The notes: generated from the letters alone by a model not told the origin. A stretch of DNA of 54,214 bases from a virus (IMGVR_UViG_3300047554_000765:1-54214), one strand, 5' to 3'. Positions 20,817 to 31,905 are shown, numbered from the stretch's first letter. Numbers and translations: made by a program.

Positions 20817-21128
20817 CTAATCCAAATTTTCTAATGCCATGTTTAAGGTATATTCCTTTATACCCCTATCAGTGTCCTCGGGAGTGTAGATGAATGTGCT
20901 CTCTATTAGACTTGCGGCCTCTTCTTTAGAGATCTCTGTAAAGTTCCATGCCTCTAAATTCTCTGGTATTGCACTTAGTTTACCGACAATTAGTCCGCCA
21001 TTCTCTGGCATCCCTATAGACCATACTGGATATATTTCTATTCCTTGTAGTCTGATTGCTTCTTCTGGTCCAGTGCCAGAATTGACGTTCTCACTGAAGT
21101 TAAGATTCCAAGTTCCGTATACAGTCAT
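20817..21128 (-). CDS. Hypothetical protein (paralog of 17297-17611)
   Basis: YGTWNL, GPEE, GKL, WNF motifs; RBS AGGA. Confidence 0.7.
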   Translation of the reverse strand: MTVYGTWNLNFSENVNSGTGPEEAIRLQGIEIYPVWSIGMPENGGLIVGKLSAIPENLEAWNFTEISKEEAASLIESTFIYTPEDTDRGIKEYTLNMALENLD

Positions 21129-21139
21129 ATATTTCCTAA

Positions 21140-22051
21140 CTAAATAGAGTTAGATACTCCTATGCCAAACGCTATCAAGGTGCTCATTGTGCTTGCATTG
21201 GTCGAGACACTATCATTTGAGTAATTTATTTTTACAATTGTATTAAGTCCAGCATAGTTGCTCGGTGCATTACATCCACCAGCAAAATACCCGGCTACTC
21301 CCTGCTTATGAAAGCCTGACACTGCCCAGCGGCCTTCTGGCATGGTAGCGCCCAATGTGCTTCGTGAGTCGGTGGAATATGTTATTTTCTCGAAAATATT
21401 TGTACCATAAGTAGTAACATCTACGAATCCACCACCAATATATCCAGCGGTACCAGAGTTAGATGCTCCAGTAGCATATCCTCGCCCTACTGATAAGGCC
21501 GCTCCAAGTGTTGATCTACTATCATTAGAGAAAGCAATTTTATCCGTAGAGGTTTTTGCATTATCACCAGCTGCAGCATAAGCCGCGACACCCTGATTTC
21601 CAAAACCAGCACTACCGTATTTCGCTACGCTTAGACCTGTACCTAGGGTTGTTCTAGTGTCTGTTGAATAAGTAAATTTGTCAACAGTGGTGGCTGGGGT
21701 GTCTCCACCCATAGCGTATCCAAATGATCCAGAGTTGGAGGCTCCAGCAGACGATCCTCTGCTTGTTGATAACACTGGAGCTGAAGCAGCCTTAGTGTCA
21801 CTTTCAAACAGTATCTTTTCTCCAGATCCGCCGTTCATTAGGTAGCCAGCGACGTTAGCATTACCTAGCCCGGTTCCCATGTTACCGCCAGTAGATCTAC
21901 TCCAAGACAAGGCTGATACTACTTCCGTAGAGTAAACCATTTTATGTGCGGTAGTTGTGTCTCTTCCTGTTACATATCCTCCAGGTAAAAGCTCTACTTT
22001 TGACATTAATCCAAAAGCCTTAGCTCCACCGAAACGAGTGAGTAGTGGCAT
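21140..22051 (-). CDS. Kelch-like beta-propeller repeat protein
   Basis: Repeats GYxMGG...DKFTYSTD.R.TLG..LS..R. Confidence 0.7.
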   Translation of the reverse strand: MPLLTRFGGAKAFGLMSKVELLPGGYVTGRDTTTAHKMVYSTEVVSALSWSRSTGGNMGTGLGNANVAGYLMNGGSGEKILFESDTKAASAPVLSTSRGSSAGASNSGSFGYAMGGDTPATTVDKFTYSTDTRTTLGTGLSVAKYGSAGFGNQGVAAYAAAGDNAKTSTDKIAFSNDSRSTLGAALSVGRGYATGASNSGTAGYIGGGFVDVTTYGTNIFEKITYSTDSRSTLGATMPEGRWAVSGFHKQGVAGYFAGGCNAPSNYAGLNTIVKINYSNDSVSTNASTMSTLIAFGIGVSNSI

Positions 22052-22060
22052 ACGTTACCC

Positions 22061-25000
22061 CTAAGCAAACTTAGTCTGAGATGCCAGAACTGTATAAGTT
22101 GATGATGCTGTTTTTAAAATTGCAAAAGAGTAAACATCAATAGAGTTTGCATTTCCGCTAGTAGGGGCGGTTCCTCCTTGCCATTTAGGTGTAATCGAAG
22201 ATCCGTCAATTTGAAAAGCAGTTGGATAGTAGGCCGTAGACCCATTTGTGATCATAACGGTGAGTGTTACTGTTTTTCCTACTGGAAGACGACTATCTAA
22301 AGTTTTAGCATCTGTCCATGAAATATTGAGTGTTCCATTTGACGTCGCATTGGATGTCAAATATATAACTTGACCTCCAGCTCCAGTATTTGACACTTGC
22401 GCGTTATAACCAGCAAAAGCGGTAGCAGTTATGTACGCGGCTTCAAACATATTTCCGTTTAGTAACGATAACCCAGTGAATTCAGTGTATGAAAGCCCAG
22501 AGTTGGTTTCACTTATAATAGGCGTTAGTAGCGTTTTATTGCTTAATGTTTCTACACCCAAAAGTGATGCTTTATCGCCTAACTGAGTCTGAATACTTGA
22601 TGTAACACCATCTACATAGTTCAACTCGGTTGTACTTAGGGTTGCACCGTCTAGGATATTCAGCTCACTGGCAGATGCGGTGACGCCGCTTATTCCCGGG
22701 CCAGTAGGGCCAGTAGGGCCAGTTGCACCAGTATTTCCAGTGAGTCCCGTAGCACCAGTTGGACCAGTTGGACCTTGTACACCTTGAGAACCAGTCATAC
22801 CTGTGGGGCCAGTGGGTCCTGACACGGTCGAGTCAGCGCCCGTAGCGCCCGTGGGTCCAGTAGCCCCGATGTCGCCAGTTGCACCTGTAGGACCTGTAGG
22901 ACCAATATCACCTTGAGCACCTGTGGATCCGACATCTCCAGTTGATCCTGTTGGTCCTGTTGCCCCGCCGTCTGCTACTGGAGTCCAAGACGCATTTACT
23001 GCTCCTGGGGTTGGTGGGTAACCTGGATTATTTGGGTTACCAGTACGGTAGTAGAAGCCACCACTATAAGAAACTGCGTCCCCGTAGCCATAGTCTGCAC
23101 CATTATCATATGCTCCAACAAATGTCCAAGGTTGAGGCCCTGTAGCACCAGTAGGACCCGTGGCTCCTATTTCGCCTGCAACACCTGTAGGACCAGTCGG
23201 TCCGCTTTGAGGACTTACAAACTCATATAGGCTATCTGCAGCATTCCAAGCGAGAACATAACCATCTTGCTTGCCGACCATAGTAACGTCATGAATTTCA
23301 TTTAGCTCGTAGCCGTTTTGGACCTTAACAAAAATCTCACCGTTATTTTGCTGGACACGAGTTACGATTCCAATAAAAACTAGATGTGCCGGTGCTACTG
23401 GTTTGTTAGTAAGACCATAAATTAGATTACCAGAAGTGCCTAGCCACACGGGGTCTCCGGCGGTTGCAGCTGAGGTGTCAAGTCCGGCTAGTAAGCCTTC
23501 AGCAATAACTTTTACTATGTCATTAGTAATTCCACTTGTTTCCAGCAGACCTAGGGTCTTTGAGGAAGTTGCTTCTGTAGCATTACTCGCCTTAGAGACA
23601 ATCATATTGGTACCGTCTGCACTAGAGACATATACAACTTGCCCCTTGCTGATTGACTCTCCGAGTTTTACATCGTGTTTTATCTGAGACGTGTAATTAT
23701 CAATCCACTCGGTGTTGTAGTCAACTCCATCAATCTTTGCAAGAATTTGACCTTCTGTACCGCCTGCAGCTATTCCTTCTCCAGTTGCACCAGTTGGTCC
23801 AGTCGCCCCGCTTGCACCTGTAGGTCCAGACGCACCAATTTTAGAGCTTGCCCACTCTACCCAATATCCGTCATAGTAGACATATGTGAGCATATTGGTT
23901 GTATTAAACCAAACATCACCAACATTAATATTTGAGGTCGGGGCTGTGTCTGAAGTATAGAATGATCCTTCTGCACCTGTAGGGCCCGTTGCTCCAGTCT
24001 CGCCAGTAGCACCTGTAGGTCCGGTGTCACCAGTAGTTCCATTAGGTCCGGTCGGCCCTGTATCTCCCTGAACACCCTGATCCCCTTGTACACCTTGAGG
24101 GCCTGTGGGTCCTATGTCTCCTTGAGACCCCTGAGGACCAGTGGGACCTTCAACAGTGGAATCTGCACCTTGAGGGCCGGTTGCACCAGTCGGACCGACC
24201 TCACCTTGTGGGCCAGTAGGTCCCACTTCACCCTGATCACCTTGAGTGCCTTGAATACCCTGCGCCCCAGTTGGTCCTACAGCGCCTTGGGCTCCAGTAG
24301 GCCCTTGAGGACCTACAATTTGCCCAACGTTATCCCAAGTTGTGCCGTTCCAAACATACAAATCTCCATCTGCAGAAACAACCCAAGCGTCATTTACAGA
24401 GTTACCGCTTGATGGCAGGTCACCAACTGTTGCCTTTGTTCCCTTAAGAACAATAGAGACACCTTGATCACCTTGATCACCTTTAGCACCAGTTGGACCC
24501 GTTGCCCCTGTTGGACCCGTTGCCCCTGTTGGACCTACTATACCTATAGGACCAGTTACACCAGTAGGACCGGTTACGCCTTGAATGCCTTGGATACCCT
24601 GTGCACCAGTAGGACCGGTTACGCCTTGAATGCCTTGGGCACCCGTAGGGCCTACTATACCCTGATTACCTTGAATACCTTGGATACCTTGGATACCTTG
24701 GGTACCAGTTGGACCTGCTATACCTTGAGCACCAGTAGGCCCTGTTGGGCCTTTAATACCTTGCGAACCTTGGGTACCAGTTGGACCTGTGGCACCAACG
24801 CTTCCTTGAATACCTTGAGAACCAGTGGGGCCGGTAGCTCCCTGAGCACCTTGAATACCTTGAGAACCTTGAGGGCCGGTTGCGCCAGTTGCTCCCGCTG
24901 GGCCAGTGTCTCCCTGACTACCTTGAGATCCAGTGGGGCCTGTAGGTCCAGCTTCACCTTGAGATCCAGTAGATCCTTGGTCTCCCTGCGATCCGGTTGG

Positions 25001-25684
25001 TCCTGTTACACCACGTAATCCTTGAGTACCTTGTATACCTTGAACACCCTGAGGGCCAGTGGCTCCTATTGCGCCTTGCGCACCCTGTGCCCCCTGTGCG
25101 CCAGTTGGCCCCGTAGCGCCTACGGCACCAGCAGCACCCTGCGAACCTTGAGAACCAGTTGGTCCTGTTACGCCCTGTGCACCCTGTGCGCCCTGTGCAC
25201 CGGTAGGACCTGTTGCACCTAAAGCTCCTGCAATACCTTGACTACCTTGTGCACCAGTCGGGCCTGTTGCCCCGGCAACACCTTGGGTACCAGTTGGGCC
25301 AGCAACATTACTTGCAGCACCAGTTGGGCCTGTTGCCCCTGAGGCACCTTGAGAACCGGTAGGTCCTGTAGCACCAACGGAGCCTTGTGCACCAGTTGGA
25401 CCCGTTGCTCCATCAATACCATCAGATCCGCTAGTGCCTGACGCACCAGTCGGACCAGTAGCACCTACAGCGCCAGTTGCACCGACGGCACCAGTTGGTC
25501 CGGTCACATTGGAAGCTGCACCAGTGGCACCTGTCGCACCAGTTGGTCCCGTAGGTCCGGTAGACCCAAGCTCACCCTGAACACCAGTTGGGCCACCCGC
25601 TGGGCCCGCTGGTCCGGTTGGTCCCGCTGGTCCTTGAACACCAACCGCTTTAATTTCTACATACGCGAAATCGTCAGAAAGCAT
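22061..25684 (-). CDS. Large collagen-like fibre protein (1207 aa)
   Basis: Several long G-X-Y blocks interrupted by globular modules; C-terminal WQGGTAPT...DVYSF domain. Confidence 0.88.
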   Translation of the reverse strand: MLSDDFAYVEIKAVGVQGPAGPTGPAGPAGGPTGVQGELGSTGPTGPTGATGATGAASNVTGPTGAVGATGAVGATGPTGASGTSGSDGIDGATGPTGAQGSVGATGPTGSQGASGATGPTGAASNVAGPTGTQGVAGATGPTGAQGSQGIAGALGATGPTGAQGAQGAQGVTGPTGSQGSQGAAGAVGATGPTGAQGAQGAQGAIGATGPQGVQGIQGTQGLRGVTGPTGSQGDQGSTGSQGEAGPTGPTGSQGSQGDTGPAGATGATGPQGSQGIQGAQGATGPTGSQGIQGSVGATGPTGTQGSQGIKGPTGPTGAQGIAGPTGTQGIQGIQGIQGNQGIVGPTGAQGIQGVTGPTGAQGIQGIQGVTGPTGVTGPIGIVGPTGATGPTGATGPTGAKGDQGDQGVSIVLKGTKATVGDLPSSGNSVNDAWVVSADGDLYVWNGTTWDNVGQIVGPQGPTGAQGAVGPTGAQGIQGTQGDQGEVGPTGPQGEVGPTGATGPQGADSTVEGPTGPQGSQGDIGPTGPQGVQGDQGVQGDTGPTGPNGTTGDTGPTGATGETGATGPTGAEGSFYTSDTAPTSNINVGDVWFNTTNMLTYVYYDGYWVEWASSKIGASGPTGASGATGPTGATGEGIAAGGTEGQILAKIDGVDYNTEWIDNYTSQIKHDVKLGESISKGQVVYVSSADGTNMIVSKASNATEATSSKTLGLLETSGITNDIVKVIAEGLLAGLDTSAATAGDPVWLGTSGNLIYGLTNKPVAPAHLVFIGIVTRVQQNNGEIFVKVQNGYELNEIHDVTMVGKQDGYVLAWNAADSLYEFVSPQSGPTGPTGVAGEIGATGPTGATGPQPWTFVGAYDNGADYGYGDAVSYSGGFYYRTGNPNNPGYPPTPGAVNASWTPVADGGATGPTGSTGDVGSTGAQGDIGPTGPTGATGDIGATGPTGATGADSTVSGPTGPTGMTGSQGVQGPTGPTGATGLTGNTGATGPTGPTGPGISGVTASASELNILDGATLSTTELNYVDGVTSSIQTQLGDKASLLGVETLSNKTLLTPIISETNSGLSYTEFTGLSLLNGNMFEAAYITATAFAGYNAQVSNTGAGGQVIYLTSNATSNGTLNISWTDAKTLDSRLPVGKTVTLTVMITNGSTAYYPTAFQIDGSSITPKWQGGTAPTSGNANSIDVYSFAILKTASSTYTVLASQTKFA

Positions 25685-26046
25685 TATTTAGTTACCTCCG
25701 CGCGAACAGTAAGATTTCCTTGAAGAAGTCTAGTGACTGTTCCAGTTGATGTCTCTTCTAGCTCTAGATCATAGACATAAATGCCAGGAGTCATGGCGGC
25801 TGTTTGAGATGGGTTGATTAAGATGATAACGGATCCTATTGATGCATTTATAGAGAGTCCGTTTGATGGGCTAGTAAGCTCTAAGATGGTGTCTGCGTCT
25901 GGAGTCTTTTCACGAATATCCATGCGGGCTGTGTACCCCGTTAGCGGTACAGCATTTTTTGCAGAACTTTTAAGCGCTATAGATCGATGCAAGGTAGCAC
26001 CCTGATCTACTACTATATCATAAACATTAGTGGTTGCGCAATACAC
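25684..26046 (-). CDS. Fibre adaptor/baseplate-upper-like protein (paralog of 40028-40390)
   Basis: QGAT, GYTARM.IR, LELT, YVYDLEL, QGN..VR.EVT. Confidence 0.7.
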   Translation of the reverse strand: MYCATTNVYDIVVDQGATLHRSIALKSSAKNAVPLTGYTARMDIREKTPDADTILELTSPSNGLSINASIGSVIILINPSQTAAMTPGIYVYDLELEETSTGTVTRLLQGNLTVRAEVTK

Positions 26047-26115
26047 GGGAATCCTCTGGAGAAAAGGCTAGTCCCTTATATTTTACCGTATTTAGGGTTT
26101 TCCTAGTTGCCCTGA

Positions 26116-26850
26116 CTAGGCGTACTTGTTGCCCTTTTCCCATTCGATTTTCTGCTCTGCTTGAGCAGCTCGAACTTCTTTAATTTCGGCTTCCCAAGCG
26201 GCTTTTTTGTCATCTGAATAGGTCGCGTCTGCGAAGTCCCAGAAGGAGACCATGGTGTAGCGGGTACCCTCGGTGATTTCTTTTACACCGTGGATATTCT
26301 CTACTCCACCAGGAAAGCAAATATATGAGTAGGCAGCTGGCTTAAATTCAATATCATGCTCTGGGAAGTAAAGGGTTCCGCCCTCGTAGTTGTCATTTAG
26401 GTAGAGAATTCCCACATACTTGTTGATCTCGAATGCATTAGGGGTTCCGTCGAAATCAGAGTTGTCCGAGTGTGGGGCTGCAAAGCCGCCAACATCCCAT
26501 TTTTGAGCATGTGATGTGTTTGCTGTAACCTCTCGTTCAAACACTAGCTCAATGGCTTCTTGAAACTTCTGACGAAGATGCTCAAAAAACATAGGAGGTA
26601 GAGAGTAATCTGCTAGCCGAGGATCGTCTGGGTGAATTCCCATTCCAGAAGATCCATAGAAGGCAATGTCTCCCCATTCGGAAGAATATGATTCTACATA
26701 GTCAATTATGCTTTTAGCTGCGTCTGGGGTCACAAAGTTTGGAATCTCTACAATTCTATTTTGTGGAATGCCTAGCTCACCCTTTACATTGGGTTCGTCC
26801 TTGTAGGTAATAAACGTATCTTTGTTGATTGTTTCAAGATATAAAGACAT
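26116..26850 (-). CDS. 2OG-Fe(II) oxygenase, prolyl-4-hydroxylase-like
   Basis: HSD, YLNDNYEGGTLYF, distal H (NIHGV), RYT. Confidence 0.88.
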   Translation of the reverse strand: MSLYLETINKDTFITYKDEPNVKGELGIPQNRIVEIPNFVTPDAAKSIIDYVESYSSEWGDIAFYGSSGMGIHPDDPRLADYSLPPMFFEHLRQKFQEAIELVFEREVTANTSHAQKWDVGGFAAPHSDNSDFDGTPNAFEINKYVGILYLNDNYEGGTLYFPEHDIEFKPAAYSYICFPGGVENIHGVKEITEGTRYTMVSFWDFADATYSDDKKAAWEAEIKEVRAAQAEQKIEWEKGNKYA

Positions 26851-27623
26851 TAGTGATCAATACCTTTCAGGTTGTAGCGTCCAGAATTTCGCTCTACACG
26901 TTCGCGTTCTTTTTCCATTTCGGCCCAGGCTTCGTGGCCGTATTTTGCTTGACCATCCCGCCACTCCTGAGTGCCTTCAAACTCGTACTGCCAGAAAGAT
27001 CGTACGAAGTACTTCTGACCAGCGGTAGTTTTATTAACACCGTGGTAGTAAGGAGCTCGAGAGGGAAACACTAGGACGTCTCCCGCCTGAGGCTTATGCA
27101 TGAAGAACTCTACGTCTGTTCCTTCTTCGTTGAGGACCTTAAAGCAGATTTCTCCACCCTCGTAATCTCCATTTAGATACATGGTGCATGTCATAACTGG
27201 CTTGTCTCCAGGGGCGTCTGCGCGCTCCTGCTGAAAGTCTGTGTGATAGAACATACCCACGTTAGTGTCTGCTCCACCATCTGTTTTGTACATGCAGATA
27301 GCAGGGGCAGTGAACTTCCAGTTGGGAATGCTGTCAGTGAAATACGTATCGTGATAGTGCTTAGTTGCTGTATAGAAAGCTTGCATAATTTTCTTTGCAG
27401 CTGGGGTCAGATCTTTGTCTGAGTTTATTAGCGTTTCGTACCATTCGGCAGGGGCAGGGAACTCACTAAACGTGTGGTTTTTCACCTTTACAGTTGTTAG
27501 ATCACCAAATGTGAACCACTGACGCCACTCACTATTGTTTTTGTGATATTCAATAACCTCTTCTGGGTTTTCATATAGACCACGATAAACGATTACATTT
27601 GGATATAGCTCAATAATCTCCAC
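26850..27623 (-). CDS. 2OG-Fe(II) oxygenase, prolyl-4-hydroxylase-like
   Basis: HTD, YLNGDYEGGEI, FPS...YHGV, KY; probable GTG start overlapping the upstream TAG (track start 27635). Confidence 0.88.
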   Translation of the reverse strand: MEIIELYPNVIVYRGLYENPEEVIEYHKNNSEWRQWFTFGDLTTVKVKNHTFSEFPAPAEWYETLINSDKDLTPAAKKIMQAFYTATKHYHDTYFTDSIPNWKFTAPAICMYKTDGGADTNVGMFYHTDFQQERADAPGDKPVMTCTMYLNGDYEGGEICFKVLNEEGTDVEFFMHKPQAGDVLVFPSRAPYYHGVNKTTAGQKYFVRSFWQYEFEGTQEWRDGQAKYGHEAWAEMEKERERVERNSGRYNLKGIDH

Positions 27624-28306
27624 TAGATTCCACACTGGCTTTCATGGGAAAGAATTGTCCAGAAGAATGGGCAAGTATACCGAGTTCCAGAGGTTATCTC
27701 CGTAACTCCATGAATGTAATTCATGTCCCCTGGGAAGAAGTATGCAGCTCCGGCCTTTGGCTTAAACTGAATCCCTTGGTTAGGGAAGTAAAGCTCTCCA
27801 CCTTCATAGTCGTCATTTAAGTAGAAAAGACCCGCGATATCGTAGTAGGGAAAATCATTTGGCTTTCCACGATCTTCGCCTTCGTGCAGCTCTTTGTCTG
27901 CGTGAGGCATCTGAAGCTGACCTGGAAGCCAGCGGACCAGTGCTGGTGAAGTAGGGACGGCGTCTACTTTAAAGAACGCGTCTACTTCTTTCTTTAGTCG
28001 GTCAACCATTCCGTTAATTACTATCGGAATGTTTGGATCTACTGCACGAATGGTGTCATATGTTGCAACGCGATCTTTCCAGTAGCCCGAGTCGTAGATT
28101 ACCGTACCCTCTTCGTTATAGTGGGTCTCGGTCACGTCCCATGATGTGTTTCCTCTGATGAACTCGTTTAAAGTAGTCAGCTCTTCAGAGGTCATAAAGT
28201 TTTCTCGAGTCTGGATATTTGCGGGATCATTGCCAAAAAATCCAGATGGAGTAATTGACACCCTGTTGTCTCGCCTAGAGTTTTGATAATCTACAATCGG
28301 TTCCAT
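27623..28306 (-). CDS. 2OG-Fe(II) oxygenase, prolyl-4-hydroxylase-like
   Basis: HAD, YLNDDYEGGELYF, YIHGV, RYT. Confidence 0.88.
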   Translation of the reverse strand: MEPIVDYQNSRRDNRVSITPSGFFGNDPANIQTRENFMTSEELTTLNEFIRGNTSWDVTETHYNEEGTVIYDSGYWKDRVATYDTIRAVDPNIPIVINGMVDRLKKEVDAFFKVDAVPTSPALVRWLPGQLQMPHADKELHEGEDRGKPNDFPYYDIAGLFYLNDDYEGGELYFPNQGIQFKPKAGAAYFFPGDMNYIHGVTEITSGTRYTCPFFWTILSHESQCGI

Positions 28307-28322
28307 ACTTATATCCTACCTA

Positions 28323-29054
28323 TTACTCGTACACTCGTCTGGTCCAGACCTCTTTTTGATAAACGCCACCATCTGGAACACGATATTTTTTACTATTTGC
28401 GTTGTTGTCCATTGCCATCTTCATGTATGGAACTTTGTCATCAACCTCTGATTCCCAGTCTTCGCGCTTAAATGGCAACATTTGAGCGTAAGGTGTTCCG
28501 GCTGGTAGTACTCCAGTAAAACCCTTTACGACAAAAAATGGCATGGTGCCTGGAAGGTTGACTTTGTCGTTGTCAATAATGCCACTAGTTGTTAAAAATG
28601 GAAGCTCGAACCGATTAAATGGCTGAGTATATAGAACGCTATATCCTTCAGGAACTTCTACGGCCCAATCAGACCACCAAGCAAAGTGAACCTCGTGGTA
28701 ACCCATTGGCGGGGTGAACTGAGGCATCGGTGGTCGGTTTTGGATAAAATCTTTATTTTGAGGATCTAGAACTTTTACCTTGATGGTTCCATTTTCTTCA
28801 TAAAATTCGATGTCACATGGGGTTCGGTAGACATATCCTGTTCCCATGATGTCAAACACTGCCGGGCAAGCCTTCCAAGTCGGAATTTTACCGCCAACAA
28901 AAGGGTCTTTCCAATACTCGCCATCAGGTTTAATAGCAAAACGATCTGCTTTTCGATACCACTCCGGGATAGTTTTAATAGTTGGCTTTGGTGCAGATGG
29001 ACTATCCGCGGTAAGCCACGGCCTATTCTTGATAAACCTAATCAGTTGTTTCAA
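28323..29054 (-). CDS. DUF6065-like beta protein
   Basis: IPEWY, KACP..D...GY, GYS.L...P.N, GIID.D, GTPYAQ..PFKR. Confidence 0.55.
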   Translation of the reverse strand: MKQLIRFIKNRPWLTADSPSAPKPTIKTIPEWYRKADRFAIKPDGEYWKDPFVGGKIPTWKACPAVFDIMGTGYVYRTPCDIEFYEENGTIKVKVLDPQNKDFIQNRPPMPQFTPPMGYHEVHFAWWSDWAVEVPEGYSVLYTQPFNRFELPFLTTSGIIDNDKVNLPGTMPFFVVKGFTGVLPAGTPYAQMLPFKREDWESEVDDKVPYMKMAMDNNANSKKYRVPDGGVYQKEVWTRRVYE

Positions 29055-29772
29055 TTGTCATTCCTGTCACTGGACATGTTACTGTCTTTAGTTTGATGTT
29101 TTTAGACTCGTGCTGTCCCATCGAGCTGCCGTCATAGTTTATGGCATCTCGGTACATCCTTGACCAATCGCCTCTTGCATTCTTCTCTTGAGCTGCTTCT
29201 CCATATTTCCTAAGCTCATCCCAGTACTCGAACGGTAAGTCACCTTCGGTAATTTCCATTTGATAGTCGTTCTGAAGACTGCCAACAGAAATCGGCAAAA
29301 TTACTGCCACTGGAGTGCCTGCAGGAATGACAATCTCCCTGTGTGGCTCCGTAATCTTTACGGCTAGTGGATACTCGCCCTTATAGAAGGATGTGCTTAG
29401 TAAAGTTGTGAATGACTGGATGCCCCTAATAAATTGGTTTGGTACTGGCATGGTCATCATTGAAACGTCTGGATCTGTGTTAACAACTAATCCCGTATAG
29501 AAGCTAATAGTTCCTTGGCCTCGCCCCGTGTAGGCGATTTCGCTGCCCTCAAGAATGGTCACGTTGTCTGGGGACGGGGTCTCTTCTCCGTTCCAGATAG
29601 CTCGAATATCCCTATCAAAAGAAATTGCCCAGCCTAGAGAGTTTGTTAGGGTGACCGGAAAGCACATATAAGCATGCTTCTCGGGAGTGTTATCCATCCA
29701 TGTTCGAGTAGCCTTTACTTGCTCTACTGTGGCGGATTCTTTTCGTAGTCGTCTTACAGAAATAGTCTTCAT
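29038..29772 (-). CDS. DUF6065-family protein
   Basis: RTWMD.T..KHAY.CFP....N..GW, P.PN, AGTPVA..LP. Confidence 0.65.
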   Translation of the reverse strand: MKTISVRRLRKESATVEQVKATRTWMDNTPEKHAYMCFPVTLTNSLGWAISFDRDIRAIWNGEETPSPDNVTILEGSEIAYTGRGQGTISFYTGLVVNTDPDVSMMTMPVPNQFIRGIQSFTTLLSTSFYKGEYPLAVKITEPHREIVIPAGTPVAVILPISVGSLQNDYQMEITEGDLPFEYWDELRKYGEAAQEKNARGDWSRMYRDAINYDGSSMGQHESKNIKLKTVTCPVTGMTIETTD

Positions 29773-30521
29773 TAGTTCCCTGTTTCAACCATAAATTGTG
29801 GGCGATGGAACTTATCCGAAAAGTCGAGCATAGTAACCATAGAGTATTTGGTACCAGAAATTACTGGCATTGCTCGGTGCGGATACATGTAATTAGACGG
29901 GAAGATATATAGATCTCCAGCCTTTGGCTTGATAGACACGTTCTGTAGCCTAAACGAAAGCTCTCCACCCTCGTAGTCGTCGTTAGGAAACGCAACTAGC
30001 GAGGTGACACAGTTGTACGAAAACCCATGGTCATGGTGTTCTTGGAAGTGCTGTCCTGGACCGTACTTAATAAAGTTGGTTGCTTCCCAGTAGCGAAGCT
30101 CTCCGATGTTATACATCTTTGTGTAGTGCTTGACGGCCTGAAGCTGACGGTAATGAGTGTCGTCCCAGAGATCAGCTAACTTCTTGGCAGCTTCAGATGT
30201 ATCATTCTGAATGTCTGTCTTTTTGTACTTAAAATCGAAGCAGTCGCGATACTCTGGCATCTTTACACCGTAACCAACCAAGGCCTCTTCGTACTTGTAT
30301 CGGTTGCTAGGGTCTAGCAATACATCTTCTAGTCGATCAATTACATTCATTGATTTAGGTAGAACATCTTCATAGACCCAGATGCCACTGCTCGGGGCTA
30401 CCTCCCTAGCGTCTGACCAGGTTTTTTCTTGAATCTCGTACCAAGCCATGAGGCGATCATTGTGTGAAGCAATTTCTTGCTTCATCTGGTCAGTAGGCTC
30501 GCTAACGTGTTGGTTTTGCAT
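29772..30521 (-). CDS. 2OG-Fe(II) oxygenase, prolyl-4-hydroxylase-like
   Basis: KYGPGQHFQEHHD, NDDYEGGEL, FPSNYMYPH, KYS. Confidence 0.88.
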   Translation of the reverse strand: MQNQHVSEPTDQMKQEIASHNDRLMAWYEIQEKTWSDAREVAPSSGIWVYEDVLPKSMNVIDRLEDVLLDPSNRYKYEEALVGYGVKMPEYRDCFDFKYKKTDIQNDTSEAAKKLADLWDDTHYRQLQAVKHYTKMYNIGELRYWEATNFIKYGPGQHFQEHHDHGFSYNCVTSLVAFPNDDYEGGELSFRLQNVSIKPKAGDLYIFPSNYMYPHRAMPVISGTKYSMVTMLDFSDKFHRPQFMVETGN

Positions 30522-30529
30522 GTAATCCC

Positions 30530-31273
30530 TTAGTACTTCAGCTTATACTCTTGAATGATTGGGGAAACCTTGTGGTTGACATCACCGCGGTCGTTGTAGT
30601 CAGTCATGATCACAACAGCATATTTTGTTCCAGAAATCATATCCTGTGAAGCGTGCTCATAGATGTAGGTTGATGGGAACACGACTACGTCTCCAGCTTT
30701 TGGTTTGATAGATAGACCATCCATTCGAGGGAACCAGATTTCTCCGCCCTCGTAGTCATCGTTCAAATACACAACTACTGAAACAGTACAGACATATGTA
30801 GGTCCGTGGTCAGCGTGTACCTTGAAGTGAGTTCCTGATCCTTCGTACTTTACGAAGTTAAAAGCCTCGTATGAGCAGATTCCTACTCCCCAGTAGCGGC
30901 CGTAGTCATCTACACACTGGCGAACTGCCTGGAACACGGCTTCGTGTACGTCATACAGCTCGGCGTTGTGCTCATTACGTGGGCCTAGTCCGGTGGAGTT
31001 GATTTTAAAGTCTTGTGCATTTCGGGCACTAACATCCACTTCGGCAGAAGAAGTGACCTTTGCTCCCTGCCAGCGATATCGTCCAGTACCATCTAGATTT
31101 TTTTCTAGGGTCTCGATGTAGTGTTGACCCTGCTCTTTAGTAATTGCGCCACTGTAGACATTGATTCCTACGGCTGGGTTGGTTACTGTAATAGCTGGGT
31201 TAGTGGTGGCCTGTCGTTCAGGCATGCGATTAGATGCGGTCTCTGACCTGTCTTTAGTGAACCAATCATTCAT
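30530..31273 (-). CDS. 2OG-Fe(II) oxygenase, prolyl-4-hydroxylase-like
   Basis: HFKVHAD, YLNDDYEGGEI, FPSTYIYEH, KYA. Confidence 0.88.
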   Translation of the reverse strand: MNDWFTKDRSETASNRMPERQATTNPAITVTNPAVGINVYSGAITKEQGQHYIETLEKNLDGTGRYRWQGAKVTSSAEVDVSARNAQDFKINSTGLGPRNEHNAELYDVHEAVFQAVRQCVDDYGRYWGVGICSYEAFNFVKYEGSGTHFKVHADHGPTYVCTVSVVVYLNDDYEGGEIWFPRMDGLSIKPKAGDVVVFPSTYIYEHASQDMISGTKYAVVIMTDYNDRGDVNHKVSPIIQEYKLKY

Positions 31274-31306
31274 AGCACCTATGATACATAAGTTTTTTAC
31301 TTTTTG

Positions 31307-31903
31307 CTAGTTTTTGCCATATTTTTCAATATATTTTGGACTTAAGTTGTAGGAGTCAGAGTCACCCAAAACTCCCATCTTCTCCAGCTCATAGATATAG
31401 TCTGGACCTTCGGTAAAATACCAGTGATCGCTCGGGCAGAAATGAAACATAACCACCTCTACCCTATTATTCTCTGAGTCGGGCATATCATTTCTCCAAT
31501 GAGAGTCGTAACCTCCCATGAATGCGAGGGCCTGACCCTCTCCAAAAATAAATTCCTCATTCTCCACCACGACCCCCCAAGGTGTTCTTGCAGATAAGCA
31601 GTAGTCAATAGTGTATGTAGATGCGTTATTATCTTTATGCGCTGGTAGTTTGGATGTTGGTCTATTGTAATCAAGATACGCTGCGTAGCTTGGTTCTAGA
31701 GTTTTATCGGCAAAAATTTCCCTAGCCACTTGTTGTAGTTTTTTACTGAAGTACGTGTCAAGCTCTGTAAATCGCTTAACACCCCTATCTCTCTTAGAGT
31801 CTACCCAAGAGCGACCCGCCTCATCGCCATTGACTAGGTTTTTTAGTGCTTGGTGATCTTCTATCGTAAATAGATTTTCAAGTATTTTAGGTTGAAAGTG
31901 CAT
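31307..31903 (-). CDS. Divergent 2OG-Fe(II) oxygenase-like protein
   Basis: PSY....Y, LPAHKD, YTID, HWR, MFHF. Confidence 0.7.
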   Translation of the reverse strand: MHFQPKILENLFTIEDHQALKNLVNGDEAGRSWVDSKRDRGVKRFTELDTYFSKKLQQVAREIFADKTLEPSYAAYLDYNRPTSKLPAHKDNNASTYTIDYCLSARTPWGVVVENEEFIFGEGQALAFMGGYDSHWRNDMPDSENNRVEVVMFHFCPSDHWYFTEGPDYIYELEKMGVLGDSDSYNLSPKYIEKYGKN

Positions 31904-31905
31904 TT

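Noticed and set aside
19351-25464. Long overlapping ORFs within the collagen genes
   Set aside because: Frame and antisense shadows of G-X-Y codon periodicity
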